A stretch of DNA of 64,000 nucleotides from Candidatus Latescibacterota bacterium. GTDB lineage: Bacteria; Latescibacterota; UBA2968; GCA-2709665. This document shows positions 57,773 to 64,000 of this stretch, piece after piece. The notes under the pieces are model-generated. The model made no database searches and was not told where the DNA came from. It saw only the letters and a list, made by a program, of their open reading frames with translations. The first letter of the stretch is position 1. The number at the start of each line of letters is the position of its first letter. The translations under genes and the position numbers were made by a program. The stretch covers positions 4,352,001 to 4,416,000 of the forward strand of contig OZ242180.1 of NCBI GenBank assembly GCA_965205485.1, written 5' to 3'.

Positions 57773-60517
57773 TTACCCCGAACTGCCTGTGATCAGGATA
57801 CCGATGACGATGTTTGCACTGCCCCCCTTCCCGTCGGCGGCCCGCACGATCACGGTGTATCCGCGTTTCTGGTTGAAATCATACGCGCCTTTCGTCAACA
57901 ACTGCCCGGAACCGGGGTCGACGTCGAAGTGCTCCGCATCGGCGCCCCACACGCTGTACGTAAGCGTATCCCCGTCCTCGTCAGTCGCTGCGACCGGGTC
58001 CCCGACCGGCTGGCCCGGTGACGTGCCACCGGCAACGCCAAGTGTTGCGGGTTGCCCGGGCGCAAACGCGGGAATGCGGTTCACGCGTTCTCCGAAGCGC
58101 CCGGCGAATGCCACGAAATCGGCAAACGCGATCCGGTCGTCCCCGTCCAGGTCGTATCTGGACTCGTACCCCTCGTCGCCCTCCCGGTATCCGAACGCGC
58201 CGGAGAACACCACAAAGTCGGCGAAGTCCACCGTACCGCTTCCGTCGAAATCAGGCGATGGCGGCGCGGGCGCCTGCAGCAATACGCTCACCGTACGCGT
58301 CATCGTCTCCGGATGCTCCCCACGTACGAGGTCGGCTCCCGCCGTACGGACCTCCGTCTCCGTCAACCCTTCCGTCGTCCTGAACCGCACCGTGCCCAGC
58401 AGGCCGCTGTCGACTGCGGCCCCACCGCCCAGCGACGAAACGCCGATCTCCACGAACGTGGAGTCCTTCGCCACCAGCGCTGCCGCGCCCGGCAACGCAT
58501 CGCCCGCGTCGAAGGCCTCGAACACAACCTGCGTCGTGTCATAGTCCACCCTGAGATCGACACTGCGCGTTCCCCGGATATCCGCGCCGAACATCTGTAT
58601 CGACACGCCTCGACCGGGTACGACACGCATCGTCCAGAGGTACTGGTCGTTCTCCGACGCATCCAGGTCCAGCGAGAGGGAGAACAGGTCATACAGGACC
58701 AGGACCTCCGTCCGCACCAGCCCCAGGCTCAACCAGTCGCCGTCGCCGGCAGCGCTGTTCGACCGCACCTGCACCTCGTACTCCGTGTGGGGGTCCAGAC
58801 CCTCGATGATCGCGCTGGTGTCCGTCACGTCCTGGGGCCCGTCCTTCCATTCCCCCTCGCTGCCTTCACGATACCGCACGTCGTAGCCCGTAACGACCAG
58901 CCCGTCATCGGCTGCCGGTGCCGTCCAGCCGATGGTCACGCTGCCCGGTGACGTCTCCAATGCCTTGGGCTCCACCGGCGGAGGCGGCGGCGCTAGCGTA
59001 AACACCGGCTCCAGGGACGTCCACGCACTGTGCTCCGAGTTGCCGCTGGACCGCACCTGTACCTCGTATTCCGTATCCGGGTCCAGACCCACTATGGTTG
59101 TGCTGGTACCCCTCACGTCCTGAGGGCCGTCCGTCCATTCCTCCTCGCTGCCTTCGCGGTAACGCACGTCGTAGTTCCTGATCAGAGGACCGTCGCCGGT
59201 CGGCGCCTTCCACTGCAACGCCACGCTCGTTGTCGACGCACCCGTCACTGTGGGAGACACCGGGGGAAGGGGGGGTGTCGGGGGCGGCGGGGGCGGTGGC
59301 GGTGTCGGGGGCGGCGGTGGCGGTGGTGGCGGGGGCGGTGGTGGTGGTGGCGGGGGCGGCGGGGGCGGCTGAATCCTTCCGGTTGAAGGAAACGCTACGC
59401 TCGTGCGGGCTTCGGGAAACCCGGCGTCGTCCTGGAACGATGCCCTTACCTTGACTTTCTTCCCTTGGTCGGCGGAAGCGAGCGTGTACGTGTTCGACGT
59501 TGCTCCGATAATGTCGTTCTCAGTCGTGCCGTCGACCCGCATCCACTGGTAGCGCCACACCACGTTCCGCAGCCCGTCAGTATCCACGATGTCGCTCGTC
59601 GAGACCGTAAGCGTCTCGCCCACCCCCGCGGTACCCGAGATGGTCGGCTGCCCGGTGGCCGGAGTGTTGGTGGTGGTGGCCGTAACCGTCCCGTTGGACG
59701 GGTAAGCGTCGCTGGTGCTCATGCCGTCGAACCCCGCGTCGTCCTGGAACAACGCCGCCACCTTGACCTTTTTGCCCTGCTCGCTTGAGGTGAGCATGTA
59801 GGTGCTTAACGTCGCCCCCATTATGTCGGTCTCAGTCGTTCCGTCGACCCGCATCCACTGGTAGCGCCATACCACGTTCCGCAGGCCGTCCGTATCCACA
59901 ATGTCGCTTGTCGAGGCCGTCAGCGTCTCGCCCACCCGCGCAGTGCCCGAGATGGTCGGCACGCCGAACGAGGGGCTATTGGACTGTTCGACAATCCTGA
60001 GCGACACGCGGTCGCCGACCGCCCATGACAGGCCGCTTTTGTTCCAGCCTCTCCCTGAGGGCGTTTTTGAATCAGCGTACTTGAACTCTAAATACTTGGA
60101 AGCGAAATCCGTGTTATCGACAGAGAGGTAGAGCAGGCCGGCGGTGCTCGGCAGGTCGTCCACGAATTCGAGTTCCAGCCTGCCGGCGGAAGCCCCGCTC
60201 GTATGCACCAGGAGTTTCCTCACGGTGAGCGTGCTGGAAGCGAAGGTGAAGTCGTCGTCGGTCAGTACTGAACTCGTGCTGCAATTGGCACCATCTGCCG
60301 CATTATTGCACCCCCGTGCTCCCATCTCCAGCCGTTTGACCGTGAGCGTTGCCGACCAGCGGTCCACAACCGCTGCACCCGCCGCGGTTCCGGGGAGGGC
60401 CGCGAGGCCGGCGAGCACGAGGAGGAGTGGGGCAGCGACTCCGCCCGCCCGCGACACAACACTCGCGACAGACAGCGCCAAAACAGCAGGGATGATCCGT
60501 ACGCTTGTCAATGGCAT
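57773..60517 (-). CDS. Secreted modular protein: two Ig-like repeats, poly-Pro linker, two FN3, cohesin-like, dockerin-like EF-hand pair, cadherin-like domain
   Basis: PTISGTAxVGETLT..YQWMRVDG x2; long Pro run; YDVRYRE..GLDPxTEYEVQVR x2; GLLGTVRF; DFDGSGTVDFADF..DLDGDDRIAFADF; ATDEDGDTLTYS..YTVIVRAADG. Confidence 0.88.
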   Translation of the reverse strand: MPLTSVRIIPAVLALSVASVVSRAGGVAAPLLLVLAGLAALPGTAAGAAVVDRWSATLTVKRLEMGARGCNNAADGANCSTSSVLTDDDFTFASSTLTVRKLLVHTSGASAGRLELEFVDDLPSTAGLLYLSVDNTDFASKYLEFKYADSKTPSGRGWNKSGLSWAVGDRVSLRIVEQSNSPSFGVPTISGTARVGETLTASTSDIVDTDGLRNVVWRYQWMRVDGTTETDIMGATLSTYMLTSSEQGKKVKVAALFQDDAGFDGMSTSDAYPSNGTVTATTTNTPATGQPTISGTAGVGETLTVSTSDIVDTDGLRNVVWRYQWMRVDGTTENDIIGATSNTYTLASADQGKKVKVRASFQDDAGFPEARTSVAFPSTGRIQPPPPPPPPPPPPPPPPPPPPPTPPPPPPPPTPPLPPVSPTVTGASTTSVALQWKAPTGDGPLIRNYDVRYREGSEEEWTDGPQDVRGTSTTIVGLDPDTEYEVQVRSSGNSEHSAWTSLEPVFTLAPPPPPVEPKALETSPGSVTIGWTAPAADDGLVVTGYDVRYREGSEGEWKDGPQDVTDTSAIIEGLDPHTEYEVQVRSNSAAGDGDWLSLGLVRTEVLVLYDLFSLSLDLDASENDQYLWTMRVVPGRGVSIQMFGADIRGTRSVDLRVDYDTTQVVFEAFDAGDALPGAAALVAKDSTFVEIGVSSLGGGAAVDSGLLGTVRFRTTEGLTETEVRTAGADLVRGEHPETMTRTVSVLLQAPAPPSPDFDGSGTVDFADFVVFSGAFGYREGDEGYESRYDLDGDDRIAFADFVAFAGRFGERVNRIPAFAPGQPATLGVAGGTSPGQPVGDPVAATDEDGDTLTYSVWGADAEHFDVDPGSGQLLTKGAYDFNQKRGYTVIVRAADGKGGSANIVIGILITGSSG

Positions 60518-60581
60518 GTCATTTACGTGATATGTGGCTTCCGGGAGGTTGAAGTTGTCCCGCTTTCGCGGACAGACGGGG

Positions 60582-63500
60582 TCAGAAGGTCCAGGCGGCC
60601 TGGAGGCGGAGGGCCTGGTTGACCGGCTGTCGGCCTGTGGGCGCCTGGCGCCGGCCTTCGAAATTCAGGGTCAGGCCCGCGGCCCGACGGACGTCCACTC
60701 GTAGCCGCGTCCCGGCCCGATAGGCACGGGTCCGGCCTTCCGCCAGAACGGCGCCCGCATACGGTGTCAGGATGCCCGTGCCGAACGGCGCGGGCATCCC
60801 GTAGCCCACGTCCGTAGTCAGTCGGCCAGCCTTGCCCCGTGTCTTCTGCGGCGCCAGGCCCTGCGTGGTCTGCCGCGACCACAGGCCGTCGATGCCGCTG
60901 CGGGCCGCACCCCAGGTCGGCGCCAGGGTCAGCGCCGGGCCCTTGCCGTTGGCCCCCGGGGCCAGGCGTACCATCCCGCTCGCCCCCCATTCCTGATAGT
61001 CCTCATCTTCGTGGGCCAGGAGGCCGCGCACAGCGCCCTCGAGGGTCAAGCCCAGGGTCGGGATTGCGTATTGCACCCGGCCCCCCACTTCCAGGCCGAA
61101 GCCCGTCTCGGCGTCGCCAGAATCATGCCGCAGGCCCAGTTCCACCGTCGGCGTCAGGCGGCGCCCACCGGCCCACGTCACCCTCCGGCTCCCTTCCAGG
61201 ACCAGCCGCACACGGTGCGCGTCGGCATCCGTCTCAGCCAGCCCGGCGACCGCGTCCGTACTCGTGCGCGTCAACAGGGCATCCGAGCGCGTGGCCAGTT
61301 GAAAGTCTCCGGTATCCCGGGCGGCCAGCAGAATGCCCCGGCCCCCGAACGCACCCATGACGAAATCCGTGTCCGCCTCCAGGGTCCCTTCGGGCACGTC
61401 CCACTTTGAATCACCCCGACCGTAGCCCACCATGCTCCAGACGTCCAGCCGCTCGGTGACGGCGTAGCGCAGGTAGGGATGCAGACTGGTCAGGACGGTT
61501 TCGAGGTCGCCCGTCCCACGCTTCCCGGTCCCAGTCATGTTGTACCCCCCGTCACCCCGGCTGTGGGCTGCCGCCACACCGACTTGCAGCCGATCCCATT
61601 CGCCGTCAACGCCCACGGTGCCCGTAAACACGTCCCCGTCGATCGCCAGGCCGCCGTCCTGGCCGTCGAACGCGGTGCCTGCGAACCGGCTCCAGGCCGT
61701 CAGGAGCGGCATCGCGGTGCCGGCCCCGGTCCCGTTCAGGTTGAGCCGGAAAGAACTGCCCAGCAGGACCTGACGCAGATTGAAGGTCGGGCCGAAATCC
61801 AGGATCCGGCTCAGCCCCGATCGGGTGTCCGGGCCGGGGCCGATGAGCCAGGGGGAATCCGTGGCGGCCGCGCCCGCGCCGGGCCCAATCCCCAGGACCC
61901 CGGCCACTTCGGCCAGGACCGCTAACGCCGTAGAGGATGAAGCGCCGGGGACCCCAACGGTCGAACCGGCCGGCTCTCCCTCACCCCGATCGCTCCCACC
62001 GGGGGCGAGGGCTCCTCGGCCATCCTCAGCCGCACCCGCGGCCCGCCGGCCCAGAGGCACCTGGTAGCCGCCTACCGTCAGGTGGGAGCCTCGTCCGGGC
62101 GCGCTCCACAGCCGCTCGCCCACCGCGTCCGCGACGTGCGTACCCACCGTCCGTCCAAACCGCGACAGCCACGCCCGCTGCAGCGGATCGGAGTTTTTTA
62201 TCGTCCCTGTGGCCGTGGCATCGGCCAGGTACGCCCCCGACGGGTTCGAGAGCGTGAGCGTCATCGTCTCGCTCTCCTCGTCATGCGTATCGTCCAGCAC
62301 CGCCACCGACACCGTCTGTCCGGTCTCGCCCGCGGCGAAGGTGAGGGTCCCGCTCGCCGCGGTGTAGTCTATGCCCGCAATCGCCGTGCCGTCGCTCGTA
62401 GCCCAGGCCACGGTCACAGGCCCCGAGACCGACCGGTCGAGCGTCACCATAAACGCCAACGCCGCGTCGGGGCCTTCTTCCACCTCCGCGTCCGCCACCG
62501 ACAGACCCGGCGGGCCCCGGACCGTCACCTTCGGCGTGTTCGACAGCGCCCGGCCGTCCGGCGTGCAGATCGCCCCGGCGTCGGCGCAGCCGCCGGTCGT
62601 TGCCGGCAACGTCACCGTCACGTCAGCCGAACCCGACGGCTTAATGCGCACGATCCACCGGTCGTACTCCGCGGGGTCCGTCCGGCGACTGCCTCTGACT
62701 GTGCCGCCGGTCACCTGAAGGGCATCCCGGACCGCCCGGTTCTTGTTGAAGCCCTCGTTGCCGTCGAACACCTCCGCGCTGAAGGCGAGCTCGAGCGTGA
62801 ACCCGCTCGACCCGTCGTGCTCGGCGGGCGCGTTTTCGAACGCCGCGGTAAGCGGGGACGCGGACCCCTCCGTCGCGCTGGTATCGGACACGCTGATCGT
62901 CGGAGTGATCGTCGTGCTCGGGCACGTCTGCGCCGAGGTGCGCAGACAGACGGCGCCCGTACCGCCGTCGGGCAGGGTCGTCGCGAAGGTGGACGCGTTC
63001 AGCGACGCCGCGTTGGCATCCAGCCAGGTCTGGCCCCAGGTGAACCGATCGCCGTTACGCACGGCGGCGCTCAACGGGAGGGTCTCACCCGCCCACTCCA
63101 GGGTCAGGTCCGAGAGCGATTCCCCGCGGCTGCGGACCTGGAAGACCACGCCGTCGGCATACGCGACGACGATCTGCGCCTCGTAGGCACCCGACCTGTA
63201 CTGGAACCTGTATTCGGACACCCCACCCAGATCGGGACTGGCGATCCTCGAGTAGCCCCGATAGCCGTTCCGGGCGTCGACCGTCAACGTCGTCGACCAG
63301 GGTGGATCGGTGAAAGGCGCCGTTCCGGTAGAGTCGCTCACGTCTATGGTGAAAGTCCGGGAGTTGCCCGTACCGAAGCCTCCCGTGGAAGTCGCAGTGA
63401 TGGTCACCGTATACGAATCCCTGGTGGGGACCTCCTTCATCATGAGGTTGGAGCGATTCAGCTCGAAGGAATCGGAGTCGCCGCCCGTACCGATCCCGTA

Positions 63501-64000
63501 GACGGGGTTCTGCCCGTCAAGGAAGGCATTCTGCGCGGAAAGGCGTCCGACGGTTCCCAGCGTATCGCTATAGTCGATTGACGCGTCATCCAGCACGATG
63601 TACCAGCTTCCGAGGTTCTGCTCAAAGGCCGATGCGTCGTCGAACATGTTGTTCATGGAGGTGGCAGACGACACGTCCCAGGAGTCCAGGGGTTGGTTGA
63701 AGGAGGTGGCGTTATAGAACATGTCGAACATGTTGGTCACGGACGACACGTCCCAGGAGTTCAGGGGCTGGTTGAAGGAGGAGGCGCCGGCGAACATCCA
63801 CACCATGTCCTTCACAGACGACACGTCCCAGGAGTCCACGGCGCCATTGAAGGAGGAGGCGCCAGAGAACATGCTGGCCATGGAGGTCACAGACGAGGGG
63901 TTCCAGGAGTCGAGAGGCTGGTTGAAGGAAGACGCGTTGCGGAACATGTTGTTCATGTCGGTCACAGACGACACGTCCCAGGAGTCCAGTTCGCCGTTGA
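60582..64000 (-). CDS. Autotransporter-like surface protein with BspA/DUF285 repeats and Calx-beta domain; 5' end outside the window
   Basis: 25-aa repeats [25 protein letters not shown]; Calx-beta ([12 protein letters not shown]); barrel-like C-terminus ending QAAWTF. Confidence 0.9.
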   Translation of the reverse strand, partial: NGELDSWDVSSVTDMNNMFRNASSFNQPLDSWNPSSVTSMASMFSGASSFNGAVDSWDVSSVKDMVWMFAGASSFNQPLNSWDVSSVTNMFDMFYNATSFNQPLDSWDVSSATSMNNMFDDASAFEQNLGSWYIVLDDASIDYSDTLGTVGRLSAQNAFLDGQNPVYGIGTGGDSDSFELNRSNLMMKEVPTRDSYTVTITATSTGGFGTGNSRTFTIDVSDSTGTAPFTDPPWSTTLTVDARNGYRGYSRIASPDLGGVSEYRFQYRSGAYEAQIVVAYADGVVFQVRSRGESLSDLTLEWAGETLPLSAAVRNGDRFTWGQTWLDANAASLNASTFATTLPDGGTGAVCLRTSAQTCPSTTITPTISVSDTSATEGSASPLTAAFENAPAEHDGSSGFTLELAFSAEVFDGNEGFNKNRAVRDALQVTGGTVRGSRRTDPAEYDRWIVRIKPSGSADVTVTLPATTGGCADAGAICTPDGRALSNTPKVTVRGPPGLSVADAEVEEGPDAALAFMVTLDRSVSGPVTVAWATSDGTAIAGIDYTAASGTLTFAAGETGQTVSVAVLDDTHDEESETMTLTLSNPSGAYLADATATGTIKNSDPLQRAWLSRFGRTVGTHVADAVGERLWSAPGRGSHLTVGGYQVPLGRRAAGAAEDGRGALAPGGSDRGEGEPAGSTVGVPGASSSTALAVLAEVAGVLGIGPGAGAAATDSPWLIGPGPDTRSGLSRILDFGPTFNLRQVLLGSSFRLNLNGTGAGTAMPLLTAWSRFAGTAFDGQDGGLAIDGDVFTGTVGVDGEWDRLQVGVAAAHSRGDGGYNMTGTGKRGTGDLETVLTSLHPYLRYAVTERLDVWSMVGYGRGDSKWDVPEGTLEADTDFVMGAFGGRGILLAARDTGDFQLATRSDALLTRTSTDAVAGLAETDADAHRVRLVLEGSRRVTWAGGRRLTPTVELGLRHDSGDAETGFGLEVGGRVQYAIPTLGLTLEGAVRGLLAHEDEDYQEWGASGMVRLAPGANGKGPALTLAPTWGAARSGIDGLWSRQTTQGLAPQKTRGKAGRLTTDVGYGMPAPFGTGILTPYAGAVLAEGRTRAYRAGTRLRVDVRRAAGLTLNFEGRRQAPTGRQPVNQALRLQAAWTF

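Noticed and set aside
59265..59370. G-rich tract as a G-quadruplex or contingency locus
   Set aside because: Fully explained as the coding sequence of a poly-proline linker with mixed codons.

Overview
GC-rich bacterial window dominated by secreted and surface proteins carrying eukaryote-like repeats (LRR, ankyrin, MORN-like, FN3, cadherin, Calx-beta, BspA/DUF285), dockerin-like EF-hand pairs and FlgD-Ig/T9SS-like sorting domains. By inference only, this repertoire resembles host-associated (e.g. sponge-symbiont) Latescibacterota/Gemmatimonadota-like genomes. Left part: a partial S8 peptidase-LRR gene (absent from the ORF track because it runs off the window), a REP-like tandem repeat region, an Opp/Dpp-type ABC operon whose solute-binding gene is frameshifted, a GH5 with an inserted dockerin-like module, a ferritin-like/cupin pair and tRNA-Glu(CTC). 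Downstream of the tRNA is a ~21 kb almost entirely minus-strand plasticity zone. In it, intact, frameshifted and relic members of one modular secreted protein family (signal peptide, 'LPPE' helical module, MORN-like or ankyrin core, optional 6-Cys C-terminus) alternate with other cargo (alpha-2-macroglobulin/pbpC, PhoD-like phosphatase, a lower-GC two-gene cassette, IS3 and IS630 remnants). The right half has two parallel units, each with a soluble one-piece GAF-PAS-kinase-REC-OmpR regulator converging on autotransporter adhesin and Ig-protein genes. A phased ~11-bp direct-repeat array lies in the divergent promoter of the 3.5k-aa adhesin. No CRISPR array, rRNA, integrase or reverse transcriptase was seen. 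All calls come from reading the sequence; no database searches were run.
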